Shown here: positions 38,516-48,428 of the stretch, one piece after another
How the letters are laid out: each line of letters begins with the position of its first letter
Position numbering within the stretch: position 1 is the first letter of the stretch
DNA from: Armatimonadota bacterium
GTDB taxonomy: Bacteria > Armatimonadota > UBA10988
Assembly: GCA_016235455.1 (NCBI GenBank)
Contig: JACRKZ010000102.1
Location: forward strand, 1-64,000
Reading direction: 5' to 3'
Length of the DNA stretch: 64,000 nucleotides
Position numbers and translations under genes: made by a program
The notes under the pieces: model-generated
The model's database searches: none
What the model was told of the DNA's origin: nothing
Seen by the model: the letters and a program-made list of their open reading frames with translations, nothing else

Positions 38516-38584
38516 ATCCACAGATGACACAGATGCCACAGATCACGGACCCGACAATCTGTGTAATCTGTGTAATCTGTGGAT
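38516..38584. repeat. REP-like palindrome (CACAGAT x3 / ATCTGTG x3)
   Basis: atccacagatgacacagatgccacagat...atctgtgtaatctgtgtaatctgtggat; 9-bp periodic inverted arms. Confidence 0.85.
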
Positions 38585-38617
38585 GATCATCCACCCAACA
38601 GTCTGGAGAGAAACCGC

Positions 38618-39310
38618 ATGCCCCAGCTCAGCCGTTCAGTCATCAATGCCGCCATCGAGCAGGCCAAGGCGACGTTTGCCCAGTTTGGCATCGCCTTGCC
38701 GCCGTTCGCCTTCTGGACGCCCGAAGACTGGGCCACCAAGGGCCCGGAGTGCGATGAGATCCGGCACTGCATGTTGGGCTGGGATGTGACCGACTTCGGC
38801 AGCCAGCGGTTCGAGCAGATCGGCCGCACGCTGTTCACACTGCGCAATGGCACGACGCGGCACCTGGGCTATGCCAAGACGTATGCCGAGAAGCTGCTGT
38901 TCGACCCCGAGATCCAGCGTGCGCCGGCGCACTTCCACCGCTCTAAGATGGAGGACATCTGCTGCCGCGCGGGCGGCAACATGCTGGTGCAGCTCACTGC
39001 CGCCACACCCGACGGCCAACCGAGCGACCAGCCGCTGACGATCAAGGTCGACGGCGTGGCGCTGAGCGTGCGGCCGGGCGGCATTGTGCGGCTGCGGCCG
39101 GGCATGAGCGTGAACATCCCGCCGCGTACCATCCATCAGTTCTGGGGCGAGGAGGGCACCGGCCTGACCGTCAGCTCCGAGGTGTCGAGCGTCTGCGACG
39201 ACTGGAATGACAACGCCTTCCTGGAGCCGGCCGAGCGCTTCCCCAGCCTGATCGAGGATGCGCCGCGCGTGCACTACCTGTGCCACGAGTATCCGGCGGC
39301 GAGTGCGTGA
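38618..39310 (+). CDS. D-lyxose/D-mannose family sugar isomerase
   Basis: LPPFAFWTP, LGWDVTDFG, LFTLRNG, YAEKLL, HFHRSKMEDI, HQFWGE, EVSSV.DD..DN. Confidence 0.92.
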   Translation: MPQLSRSVINAAIEQAKATFAQFGIALPPFAFWTPEDWATKGPECDEIRHCMLGWDVTDFGSQRFEQIGRTLFTLRNGTTRHLGYAKTYAEKLLFDPEIQRAPAHFHRSKMEDICCRAGGNMLVQLTAATPDGQPSDQPLTIKVDGVALSVRPGGIVRLRPGMSVNIPPRTIHQFWGEEGTGLTVSSEVSSVCDDWNDNAFLEPAERFPSLIEDAPRVHYLCHEYPAASA

Positions 39311-39328
39311 CGCTCCGGCCGGGCTATG

Positions 39329-39397
39329 ATCCACAGATTATGAAGATTACACAGATTGGCAGGTCCGCAATCTGTGTGATCTGCGTAATCTGTGGAT
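39329..39397. repeat. REP-like palindrome, same family as 38516
   Basis: atccacagattatgaagattacacagatt...aatctgtgtgatctgcgtaatctgtggat; lies between convergent genes. Confidence 0.85.
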
Positions 39398-39768
39398 TAT
39401 GACTTCGGCTTCTTGTCGGCCAGTTCGGCCAGCCGTAGCGTGATGACCTTCTCCACGAGTTCCTCGGGCAAGGGCTCGTCGGGCGGGAAGCGGATGGTGC
39501 CCTCGCTGGTCGAGTAGCCGGCCAGGTCGTCGGCCAGCGACTTGATCACCGCGCGGCTCATGGGATAGAGCGCGCAGTGGTGCTTGGCGGCGCCGAAGCA
39601 GACCAGCAGCCGGCCCTGCCAGCGGAAGGCGGGCAGTTGATAGCTGATGCCCTCGGTCACCTCGGGCACCAGCTCACTCACCGTCGCTCGCAGGTGTTGC
39701 AGCGTGCGGCGTTTGTCGCTGGGCAGCGTGTCCAGATAGCCGTCGATGGGGCTGGGTGCGTCGATCAT
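39397..39768 (-). CDS. DUF1801/YdhG-like protein
   Basis: IDGYL, EGISYQLPAF, FGAAKHHCALYP, GTIRFP. Confidence 0.85.
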   Translation of the reverse strand: MIDAPSPIDGYLDTLPSDKRRTLQHLRATVSELVPEVTEGISYQLPAFRWQGRLLVCFGAAKHHCALYPMSRAVIKSLADDLAGYSTSEGTIRFPPDEPLPEELVEKVITLRLAELADKKPKS

Positions 39769-39794
39769 CGGGGTGCCTCACCGATATGGTGGGT

Positions 39795-40994
39795 TCACTC
39801 CGGGCCGGCGTCAGCCTCGGTGTCGGGTCGCGGTATGGCGGCGCCTGGCACACCTGCCGCCAGCAGCGCCTGCTCGATGTGGTCGGCGGCCAGTTGGTAG
39901 TCCTCGCCGACGGCCAGGATGGAGCGGGCCACTGCCTCGCGCACCTCGGTCTGGGCCAGACGGGCGATGTCTTTCTCCTCACCGGGCGCCACGCCGTGTA
40001 GCACGGCGCTGTGTTGCAGCGCGGCGACCGCGGCGCGCAGTTGTTTGGCCATAACCGGCTCGGCCAGCGCGGCGTCGGCCAGGAAGGCCGTGACTCCGCC
40101 GCGCTCGACCTGCATGGTCATGCCGTCCCAGTGGCTGTGGAGCCGTTCCAGCAGCACCTTGGGGTCGTCGGGGAAGAAGTCGTTGGCGCGCATGTCCGCC
40201 GCCCAGGCCTCGAACGCGGCCGGGCCGGCGGCATGCCTGCCCACGCGCCGCTCGCGCAGTACCTGGACCAACCAGAGCAGCGTATCGCGCCGCAGCTCCG
40301 CGGCGGCCGGCGGCGCGGTCTGCTCGCCCAGCAGTAGCAGGGCGTGGGTGGAGGGGTACCAGTTGCGCAGCCGGAAGTGCCCCGACGGCTCGGTCTCGGC
40401 CTTCTCCTCGTCCTGGAAGGTGTTCCAGCCGAGCAGCACCGCGCCGCCCTCGTCGTAGCCACAGATGACGCAGGCCTCCGGCGGGCCGATGACGCCGAAG
40501 GCGATGACCGGGCGGCCCCGGTCGATGCTGTCCACGATGCGGCGGCGGAAGCCCGACTCATCGGTCGACTCGCCACCAAGCCGGCGCGTGTCGGCCACCA
40601 GGATGTCTTCGGGCCAGGCGCCCGGCGCGGCCTTGGCCACCGCCTGCATGGTCCATCCAGCCGAACGGAACGCCCGGCGCATGGGCTCTAGCGTCTGGCG
40701 GGCCATGTGCAGAATGTCGCTGTTGCCGCCGTCCCAGGCTCGTGCCGACCAGGCCAGCCGTACGCCCGCACCCGACATGGCCATCAGCCGGTCGTACTGC
40801 TCGCGCTGACCGACGAACTGCAGGCACGCGTCGAGCGCGTTGCAGAACGCGGCAAACCGCCAGCGGTCGGTGTGCCACGACACGCGCCGCACGCCCTCCA
40901 GCAGCCGCCGCCCAGGCGGCGCGGTGGGTTGGGCCGAGGCTCCCGCGCCCAGCAGCACGACAAGCGTGACCGCCACCGTGTGCCTTGCCACCAT
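39795..40994 (-). CDS. Secreted hypothetical protein (BtrH-N/C39-like fold suspected)
   Basis: Signal peptide; YDRLMAMSG and IVDSIDRGRPVIAFGVIGPPEACVICGYD. Confidence 0.6.
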   Translation of the reverse strand: MVARHTVAVTLVVLLGAGASAQPTAPPGRRLLEGVRRVSWHTDRWRFAAFCNALDACLQFVGQREQYDRLMAMSGAGVRLAWSARAWDGGNSDILHMARQTLEPMRRAFRSAGWTMQAVAKAAPGAWPEDILVADTRRLGGESTDESGFRRRIVDSIDRGRPVIAFGVIGPPEACVICGYDEGGAVLLGWNTFQDEEKAETEPSGHFRLRNWYPSTHALLLLGEQTAPPAAAELRRDTLLWLVQVLRERRVGRHAAGPAAFEAWAADMRANDFFPDDPKVLLERLHSHWDGMTMQVERGGVTAFLADAALAEPVMAKQLRAAVAALQHSAVLHGVAPGEEKDIARLAQTEVREAVARSILAVGEDYQLAADHIEQALLAAGVPGAAIPRPDTEADAGPE

Positions 40995-41021
40995 GATGTT
41001 CCCCTGCCCAGCGGTCGCGGC

Positions 41022-44000
41022 TCAGTGGCCAGCCGCCTTCCGCCAGTCCGGAATGCTCACCGGCTTGGTCACCACCGGCCAGCTGGCGCGGAAGTCGTCG
41101 TCATAGAGCCCGATCTCGTCGATGGGAATGGGCTTGAAGCCGACCTTGGCCAGCAGCTCGCTCTTGGCCTTGAGGTCGTAGTCGCCGGCCTCAGGGTTCA
41201 CGAACCCTGGATTCGCCTCGGGCCATTCGCCGTTCTCGATGAGATCGTAGCCGGCGCGGTTGCCGCGGACCATGTCGCCGCTGCGGTAGAAGACATTGCG
41301 CCACAGGTAGTTGATGCCTGGCGGCTTGAGCATGGTCTTCATCTCTGGGTAGCGCTCCTGGTAGAGCGGGTTGTTGATGTAGGCGGCCGGCGGCGTGGCC
41401 TGCGCCATCTGCACCCAGCAGGAGTTGCCGGCGTGCCAGCCGCCACTGACGCCCTGCTTGCAGTCGACAAACAGGTTGTTGTCCATGATGTTGTCACGGC
41501 CGCTGTTGATCTGCACGGCGCCGAAGTTGCCGTTGGCGCTGCGGATGAACACGTTGCCGTAGACCACCATGCCGCTGATGGCGTCGTCGAAGCGGATCGC
41601 CGCCTGGCCGTGCACCGCCGCGCCGGGCTTGTCCTTGCCGCAGTTCTCAAAACGGTTGTACCGGAAGATCACCCCGCGGTAGGTCGGGTTGCCGAACAGC
41701 TCCATCGCGCCCTGGTCGTCGCTCTCGCGTACCGCCGAGTGGACGTCGTTGTACTCGATTAGGTGGTCGTTGCCCTCGATGCGCATGACGCTGCTCGGGC
41801 AGTCGTACATGAGGTTGTGCGCCACGCGGTTGCCCACGCCCTCAAGCTGGATGGCCGGCGTGTAGGTACGGTCGATGCGGCCGAAGTTGTGTATCTGGCA
41901 GTTCTCGACGAAATGCTGGCCCGGCGTCAGCGTCGCGCGGTCGCCGCCGATGACTTCCGTGGCGCGGCGGCCGATGGTGTGGATGTCACACCCATAGATG
42001 CCGTCGGCCGTGCCGCCGTTGATGGTGATGCCGTTGCCGGCCAGTCGGCTGACGGTGCAGCCGGCCACCAGCGCGCGGTTGCAGTTGGTCAGCACGAGCC
42101 CGTTGGACCGGCCCAGGTCGAAGGTCAGGCCCTCGAACCGCAGGTCGTTGACGCTGTCGGCGGTGACCATCGGCGTGGCCAGCAGGCCCACCTCCACCGT
42201 GGCACCGGCCAGGTCGGTCGGCGGGTAGAGGTAGAGCACACCCGACTTGCGGTCCAGGTAGTACTCGCCCGGTTGGTCGATCTCTTCGAGCAGGTTGAAG
42301 GCGTAGTACTGGATGCCCTGCCCTGGGTCCATGCCCGGCCCGCCATACTGGTAGGCCTCGTTGCAGGTCATGGTCTTGGTCGCGGGATCGATCTTGGAGA
42401 CCTTGATGGTCGCGTCGGCCCACAGGTAGCGGAAGTAGCCGAACAGCCAGGCGTCGTCGGCCTGCGTCCAGCGCGCATGACGGTCGTCCAGGTACTCGAA
42501 GACCGACGGCTTCTTCTGTCCGCGGTCGCCGCGTTCGGTCAGCTTGCCGATGCCCACGAAACCCTCATTGGGCCAGCGTGCCGGCGTCAGCGCCCGGCCA
42601 TTGACGAACACCTCCAGCGTCGGCGGCGAGTCGGGCTGGCCGAAGCCGCGGACGGCGAGTTGGCCATACTCGGTGATGCCTTGTTCCTTCAGATCGCAGC
42701 GCATGACCTTGCCGCGGCTGGCCTCGGGCAGGCGCGCGGTGATGGCCGCGTCGGTCACGGGGCCGAAGCCGGTCAGGCGCTGGCCGCCATACAGCCGCGT
42801 CTTGCCGGGCTGCGAGGCGCGGTAGACCGTGGGGCCGCTGTCGGTGCCCGAATCCGGCGCGGTCAGCGCCAGCGGGCCGGTGACCCGGTATTCGCCCGGC
42901 AGCAGCGTCACGGTCACGGCGCCCTTGACGCCCCGAGCGCGCTGTGCCCGCACCAGGTCGCGCGCGCGGGTCAGGCTGGCCACGGGCTTGGCCACGCCGT
43001 TGGCGGCATCGTCGCCCGTGGGCGAGACGATGATCTCGGCCTCGAACTTGGTCACTGCGTCGGGCGTGTGGCGGGACGACAGCGGGTTGTGGCCCGGCAG
43101 GCCCTTGCCCTCGCGCTCGATCTCGCGCGCGCACGCCAGCGCCTCGTCGCGATGGACCTGCGGGTACTCGACGTTGTTCGCGATGTCGTTGTAGACGTTC
43201 TGAGCCTCTTTGGCCTTGCCCTGGGCCACCCAGGTCTGCGCCGAGCGCAGGTGGGCGTAGCTGCGCAGCGGCGCCGGCAGCTCCTTGGTGGCGATGAGCG
43301 CCACGCAAGCGCGGCGCACGGCGGTGTAGTCGCCGCGAGCCCAGTCATCGTGCGATTTGGCGAAGTCCTGCATGAGCGCCTCCCGCCGTTCGGCGGCGGC
43401 CGCCTCGGGCGAGATGATCACGCCGAAGGTCTTTTGCAGCCGGTCGAACTCGGCCTTGGCATCGGCCCGGGTCAGCGCTCGGCGGTAGACCTTAGCCTCG
43501 TCCATCAGGCCCATGTAGTTGTGCCAGCCGTTGCCCAGGGTCAGCTCGCCGCCCACCGAGAAGTCACCGCTCCAGCCCGCGGGCAGCGTCGAGCCGCCCT
43601 GGTTGAAGCCGTTGAGGAACACGTCGACGCGACCCTTGGCACGATCCACGCTGAGCACCAGGTGCGCCCACTCGCCGACCTTGAGGCCCATGGCACCGCC
43701 GCCGCCGGTCGAGGCCACCTTGCCATCGGCGCCCTTGTAGCAGAAGTAGTAGTTGGGCGTGCCGTTGGCCATCAAGTCGAGCACGAGGTACGCATCGGGA
43801 TACGTACCGCAGCCGAAGATGCGCCGCTGGTTCTGGGCGTCGGCGATGTCGAACCTGGTGGGCTTGAGCCACAAGCTCACGCTCCACGAGCCCTTGCCGA
43901 AGCGCTGGTTGTCAGGCAGCTTGACGCTGACCACGCTGGCGCCGGTGCCGTCGCACGACAGCGCCTGGCCCGAGGGCGACGCGACCAGCGTGCCACTCGT

Positions 44001-44153
44001 GGTGCCGTCGAGCTTGTTGGGCGAGCGGTCGGCGATGACCCGGCCCGCGGGCTCATCGAACGTGTAGTGCAGCAGCAGGCCATCCTGGGCCCAGAGCACC
44101 GCCTGGCTGACCATCAGCGCCAGACAACCCAACAGCATACGACGTGCGGACAT
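41022..44153 (-). CDS. Secreted LamG + right-handed beta-helix protein (polysaccharide-active)
   Basis: N-terminal LamG (HYTFDE..GLMDEAKVYRRALT); ARWPNEG, NLLEEIDQPGEYY, PbH1 repeats. Confidence 0.88.
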   Translation of the reverse strand: MSARRMLLGCLALMVSQAVLWAQDGLLLHYTFDEPAGRVIADRSPNKLDGTTSGTLVASPSGQALSCDGTGASVVSVKLPDNQRFGKGSWSVSLWLKPTRFDIADAQNQRRIFGCGTYPDAYLVLDLMANGTPNYYFCYKGADGKVASTGGGGAMGLKVGEWAHLVLSVDRAKGRVDVFLNGFNQGGSTLPAGWSGDFSVGGELTLGNGWHNYMGLMDEAKVYRRALTRADAKAEFDRLQKTFGVIISPEAAAAERREALMQDFAKSHDDWARGDYTAVRRACVALIATKELPAPLRSYAHLRSAQTWVAQGKAKEAQNVYNDIANNVEYPQVHRDEALACAREIEREGKGLPGHNPLSSRHTPDAVTKFEAEIIVSPTGDDAANGVAKPVASLTRARDLVRAQRARGVKGAVTVTLLPGEYRVTGPLALTAPDSGTDSGPTVYRASQPGKTRLYGGQRLTGFGPVTDAAITARLPEASRGKVMRCDLKEQGITEYGQLAVRGFGQPDSPPTLEVFVNGRALTPARWPNEGFVGIGKLTERGDRGQKKPSVFEYLDDRHARWTQADDAWLFGYFRYLWADATIKVSKIDPATKTMTCNEAYQYGGPGMDPGQGIQYYAFNLLEEIDQPGEYYLDRKSGVLYLYPPTDLAGATVEVGLLATPMVTADSVNDLRFEGLTFDLGRSNGLVLTNCNRALVAGCTVSRLAGNGITINGGTADGIYGCDIHTIGRRATEVIGGDRATLTPGQHFVENCQIHNFGRIDRTYTPAIQLEGVGNRVAHNLMYDCPSSVMRIEGNDHLIEYNDVHSAVRESDDQGAMELFGNPTYRGVIFRYNRFENCGKDKPGAAVHGQAAIRFDDAISGMVVYGNVFIRSANGNFGAVQINSGRDNIMDNNLFVDCKQGVSGGWHAGNSCWVQMAQATPPAAYINNPLYQERYPEMKTMLKPPGINYLWRNVFYRSGDMVRGNRAGYDLIENGEWPEANPGFVNPEAGDYDLKAKSELLAKVGFKPIPIDEIGLYDDDFRASWPVVTKPVSIPDWRKAAGH

Positions 44154-44228
44154 GCGCGGCTCCCGTGATGGCGGGGACTTCGACACGGGGCGCGCGGTTC
44201 CTTCCGCCGGTGCGCAGGTGCTTCTGGG

Positions 44229-45446
44229 TCAGCCGCCGATCGGCGTGCGGCCGAGGTCGGCCAGCGCCGCCATCTCGGCAGCGGTCAGCGCGCGCCCGAA
44301 CACCGCCACGCCGCCGATGTAGCCCGTGAAGCCCACCGACCGGCCCATGTGAACCACACGGCCGATGGTGAACGGCCCGCCCAGCTCCGGGCTCGACGGC
44401 GTGTGGATGTCGTAGGGGAACCACCACGGGTTCTTGCGCACCGCCACCAGCTCGCGGCCCGCCTCGGTCCAGGCGTCGCCGGCGCGGCGCAGCGTGACCT
44501 TGATCTTGGAGTACGGGTACTCGCGCAGCTCGACACGCTCGGCGTCAGTCTCGCTGACGACGTTGACGCTGACCGTCTTGGTCTCCGGCGGTCGGTAGCG
44601 CTGGTCCGGCGGGCAGGCCGGCGCGCCCGACCAGGCGCCGGTCACGAAGCGGTCGCGGATGGGCGCTTCGTCCCAGCGCGGGCTGACCACGCCGTTGAGC
44701 CAGGCGGCGGCCTCGTCGCGCTCGTTGTCGAAGGTCAGACCGATCGTCGACCACGAGCGGCCGAGCACTTCGGGCGGCGAGTCGCCCGGCACGGTGGCCA
44801 TTAACGCACCGGTGGTCGGCTTGTGGTGGGCGTAGATGTCGCCAAACGACGCGGCGCCGTTCTCCGAAACGTGGCCGCAGGCCGCGCCGGGATACTCCAG
44901 CCCGGCGAACAACGCGTACTGCCTCATGCCGCGCTGCACCTTGGCCGCGGCGCCTTCGTGCCGGAGGTCGGTGCCCTCGTGCCAGATGCCGGCGACGGCA
45001 TGGTTGCCGCTCTCGCGGATGACCCAGGCGACAAGCGTCACACTACGGCCAGGGCCCTTGATGTCCAGGTCGCTGTCGTGAAAGCGCGCCCGCGGTAGGA
45101 CGAGCATCGGCCGGAAGTCGCGGTCGGTCTCGGCGCGCAGGCGGATGGCCTGGCCGAACGGGCCACGGCCGAGCAGCGGGAAGTCGTCGTATGTGGCCTC
45201 GCGCCCGGCGTTCCAGAACTCGCGCACGTAGTTGGCCGCATCGAGCGCGAAGCTGTTGGTCTCCCCCGGCGGCCGGTGAGCGACAAACCGGCGAGAGCCA
45301 TCGGGTTCACGCTGCACGAAGTCCCACAGGGCGACGAACCCGGGGATCCGAGTGACAGTGGCGACACGGTCGGCGTAGCCGTCGGCCAGGACCGCCGAAC
45401 AGAGCCCGGACAGTGTCAGCAACATCGCGCCCGTGCTGGACCTCAT
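44229..45446 (-). CDS. Secreted LamG/ConA-like hypothetical protein
   Basis: ALWDF N-terminus and GYIGGVAVFGRALT C-terminus. Confidence 0.7.
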   Translation of the reverse strand: MRSSTGAMLLTLSGLCSAVLADGYADRVATVTRIPGFVALWDFVQREPDGSRRFVAHRPPGETNSFALDAANYVREFWNAGREATYDDFPLLGRGPFGQAIRLRAETDRDFRPMLVLPRARFHDSDLDIKGPGRSVTLVAWVIRESGNHAVAGIWHEGTDLRHEGAAAKVQRGMRQYALFAGLEYPGAACGHVSENGAASFGDIYAHHKPTTGALMATVPGDSPPEVLGRSWSTIGLTFDNERDEAAAWLNGVVSPRWDEAPIRDRFVTGAWSGAPACPPDQRYRPPETKTVSVNVVSETDAERVELREYPYSKIKVTLRRAGDAWTEAGRELVAVRKNPWWFPYDIHTPSSPELGGPFTIGRVVHMGRSVGFTGYIGGVAVFGRALTAAEMAALADLGRTPIGG

Positions 45447-48148
45447 CGCGCCGCCCTCATCGTGACCGCCAACGGCGCTTCGCCCTCGGCGACCGCCACG
45501 CGCACCAAGCCGTTGCGGTGCGCGAGCAGGTCCGGCTCCAGCCGCCAATGCGGGCCGCTGAGCTCCACGGCCTGGCCATCGCGCTCGAGCCACAGCCGGT
45601 CGCCATCGTTGGCCACCGCCGTGTGCGTTTGGCCGTCGAACTCCAGGAAGGGCCAGCGCACGGTCCGCGCCCCGGCGCGCTGGAGCAGCAGTCCGTCGCG
45701 GCCGAGGGTGACCGTGTCGCCCCAGCCGTCGAAGGCGACCTCGAAGCGCACTTGCTCAGGGGTCTCGGCCAGGACGCGCGGTCGGCCCGCGGGGCAAGGT
45801 TCCTTGTCCAGCAACCCGTCGGACGGGCCCAGCAGCGGGTTGCCGCCGGCCAGGTGGACGCGGATCAGGCCACTGGGGTTGTACTTGCCATTGCCGTGGG
45901 TCATGTACTGCGCATACGTCCCGCCGGCGTTGGCGATGACCATGTCGAACCGTGGCAGGACCACGGCGAACCCGCCGACATCGGCCGGCGCAGGCCCCTC
46001 GGCGATGCTGTCATCGGCCATCTGCCACGCGGCGCAGAGCTTGGTGCAGGCCAGCAGGTTGTAGTTGACGTGCTCGGAGTAGCCTTCGTAGCCGAACCGG
46101 GCCTCGATGGGGTAACGGTTCTTGACCACATAGCCCGAGCCGTCGGCGCGAATCCAGCGTGCCACAGCGCCCAACGCCAGCCGCGCGCCGCGCTTGAAGG
46201 CCGTGGCCAGGGCTGGTTGACCGGCGGCGGCGTAGTGCCGGGCGTAAGTCTCGTAGACCGTGGTCAGCTCAGCCTCGTTCCAGATATGTTGCGCGCTGCG
46301 GTAGCCTGTGGGCAGCTCGCCCGACGGCGACTGGATGAGCAGCGAGGTCCAGGCCCCGCGCTGGCAGGCGTCGCGGTAGAACTCGTCGCGCAGACCGTGG
46401 TGCAGCATGCCGGTGAGGAAGTAGCGGCTGAAGGCGTCGTAGGCGAACGGCGCGCCACCTTCCAGGTACAGTCCCTCGGCGGTGATGTGTGGCCGCTGAC
46501 GGGCCAGCGCACTGGTCACGTAGGCGGGGTCCACCAGGCCCTGCCGGGCGCGCAGGAACTCGCCCGCGGCGTGAACCAACTGCCAGTTGTTGCCGGGGTT
46601 GTCGTAGGTGGCATAGGTCTTGGCCGGGTCGATGGCGGCCAGGGCCCGGCGCCATGCCGCGAGCCGCTGGGTGGGTGCCACCAGTTCAAACTGCTCCAGC
46701 GCCAACATGACCGGGTAGATGTAGAAGTCGGGATGCCGGTCGCGGAAGGCGGTGAGCCCTTTGGCCAGGGCGTTGACACTGTAGTCCATGGCCAACATGC
46801 CCGAGGCCAGCAGATCGGCGTCGGTGTCGTAGCCGCTGGCCGCCAGCGTGGCCACGCAGTGGGCGTAGCACGGCGCGGCGTAGTAGGTCTTGCCCGACAC
46901 CGGGTCGGGCAACTCGCCGTTGGGCGCCTGGTAGCGGCGCAGCGCGCGTACCTGGCCGTCCACGATGCGCAGGTAGTCGTTGCGGCCCAGGCCGGTGGGA
47001 GTGAAGCCGTCGACACGGTCGCGGCCGGCGAGGTAGCGGTCGATCTGGGCTTGCAGCGGATGAGGCGCGCTGCCGATCAGCGACTCCGGTTGCTCCAACT
47101 TCACCATCTCGCTCCCGGCCAGCAACAAGGTGCCCGTGACATACTCGTGGCTGTCGCCGGCCTTCACCGGCGCCGGCCGGTCACCGACCAACTGGCCCCA
47201 TTGCACTTTGCCGTCGTCGGCGACGGAGCGCAGGAGCCCATCCCAGGCCCGACGCGCGCTCGACAGGTAGGTGGCTCGGTTGAGCAGGCCGCGATTGAGC
47301 CCCCAGGCCAGCCCATGGCAGAAGAAGCCCGTGCCGCTGGATTCGCCCATGGTGAACTGCGCGGGATCGTCCAGGTTCGGCCGCCACAGTCCGTCATCGC
47401 CCTGGCACTTGACCAACGCCGCGGCCATGGTTCTGAACAGCGCGACATAGCGCGGTCGCTGCGGGTCGTTGGCGGGCAGGTGCTCCAGGAGCCGCGCCAG
47501 CCCAGCAAACGCCCAGCCGTTACCGCGCGACCACAGCACCCGGCGGCCCCGGGGCGTGCGCTGACCGGCGAAGCGCTCGTCGCGGTAATACAGACCGACC
47601 TCCTTGTCGAAGATCGCGTCGGTGACGTCCCAGAAGAAGGCGTGCATCCACTCGCGATAGCGCGGGTCGCCCGTCTGTTCGGCCAGCATGGCCAGGCCGG
47701 CGGCGCCGTAGAGCGAATCGGCATAGTGCCGGCCGCCTTCGAGGTACCACAGGCGCGCGCCGGACGGCGAGTTCGGCGCCACGGTGTCGAGCCACCGGAT
47801 AGCCGGCGCCAGGGCGAACGGGTTGTGGGTGGCGGCGGCGAGTTCGGCCCAGGTCTGCACGCAGAACAGGCGGTTGGCACCGCCTGACTCGGTGCCCACC
47901 TGCCACTGGTGCAGTTCGGCCCAGTCGCGCGCCTGCTTGAGGTAGGCGGCCTCGCCCGTGGCGCGCCACGCCGCCAACACGCCGGTGTACCACGTGGCGC
48001 GCTCCCAGTTGCGGTTGCCCGCGGGCATGACGGGATGCGCCAGTTGCCAGGCGTTGGCCCGGCGCATGACCGCGGCGATGTCGTCGGGCCGCGCGGTCTG
48101 CGCACCGGCCGTGGCCACCAGCAGAACGAGAGCCAGTGTGGCGCGCAT
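45443..48148 (-). CDS. GH105/GH88 unsaturated uronyl hydrolase fused to a second helical/beta domain
   Basis: NWERATWYTG, ADSLY, WSRGNGWAFAG, ESSGT, YVTGTLLLAGSE, then ~550 extra aa. Confidence 0.88.
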   Translation of the reverse strand: MRATLALVLLVATAGAQTARPDDIAAVMRRANAWQLAHPVMPAGNRNWERATWYTGVLAAWRATGEAAYLKQARDWAELHQWQVGTESGGANRLFCVQTWAELAAATHNPFALAPAIRWLDTVAPNSPSGARLWYLEGGRHYADSLYGAAGLAMLAEQTGDPRYREWMHAFFWDVTDAIFDKEVGLYYRDERFAGQRTPRGRRVLWSRGNGWAFAGLARLLEHLPANDPQRPRYVALFRTMAAALVKCQGDDGLWRPNLDDPAQFTMGESSGTGFFCHGLAWGLNRGLLNRATYLSSARRAWDGLLRSVADDGKVQWGQLVGDRPAPVKAGDSHEYVTGTLLLAGSEMVKLEQPESLIGSAPHPLQAQIDRYLAGRDRVDGFTPTGLGRNDYLRIVDGQVRALRRYQAPNGELPDPVSGKTYYAAPCYAHCVATLAASGYDTDADLLASGMLAMDYSVNALAKGLTAFRDRHPDFYIYPVMLALEQFELVAPTQRLAAWRRALAAIDPAKTYATYDNPGNNWQLVHAAGEFLRARQGLVDPAYVTSALARQRPHITAEGLYLEGGAPFAYDAFSRYFLTGMLHHGLRDEFYRDACQRGAWTSLLIQSPSGELPTGYRSAQHIWNEAELTTVYETYARHYAAAGQPALATAFKRGARLALGAVARWIRADGSGYVVKNRYPIEARFGYEGYSEHVNYNLLACTKLCAAWQMADDSIAEGPAPADVGGFAVVLPRFDMVIANAGGTYAQYMTHGNGKYNPSGLIRVHLAGGNPLLGPSDGLLDKEPCPAGRPRVLAETPEQVRFEVAFDGWGDTVTLGRDGLLLQRAGARTVRWPFLEFDGQTHTAVANDGDRLWLERDGQAVELSGPHWRLEPDLLAHRNGLVRVAVAEGEAPLAVTMRAAR

Positions 48149-48428
48149 GGGCTCAACCTCCGATGGCCGCGAATTTGCCGTTCAGCACGGCCAAGCCTGC
48201 CCGGCGCTGGCCTGCCGGGTCGACAGGCCGGGCCAGGAGGCCGGTGCGGCCGGCGTCTGACCGGTTGGTAGGGACAGCCATGGTCGCGGCTCCGAGCGTG
48301 TGGTTGGGCCGCATGGTAGCACCTGGCCACGCCGCTGGCCAGACGTCGGCGGATGGCGCCACGGACAGGCGTGCACAGGCGGCCCCGAGGTGCGGGGCTC
48401 CTGACGGCGGTCGTCGCGGCTCACCGCA

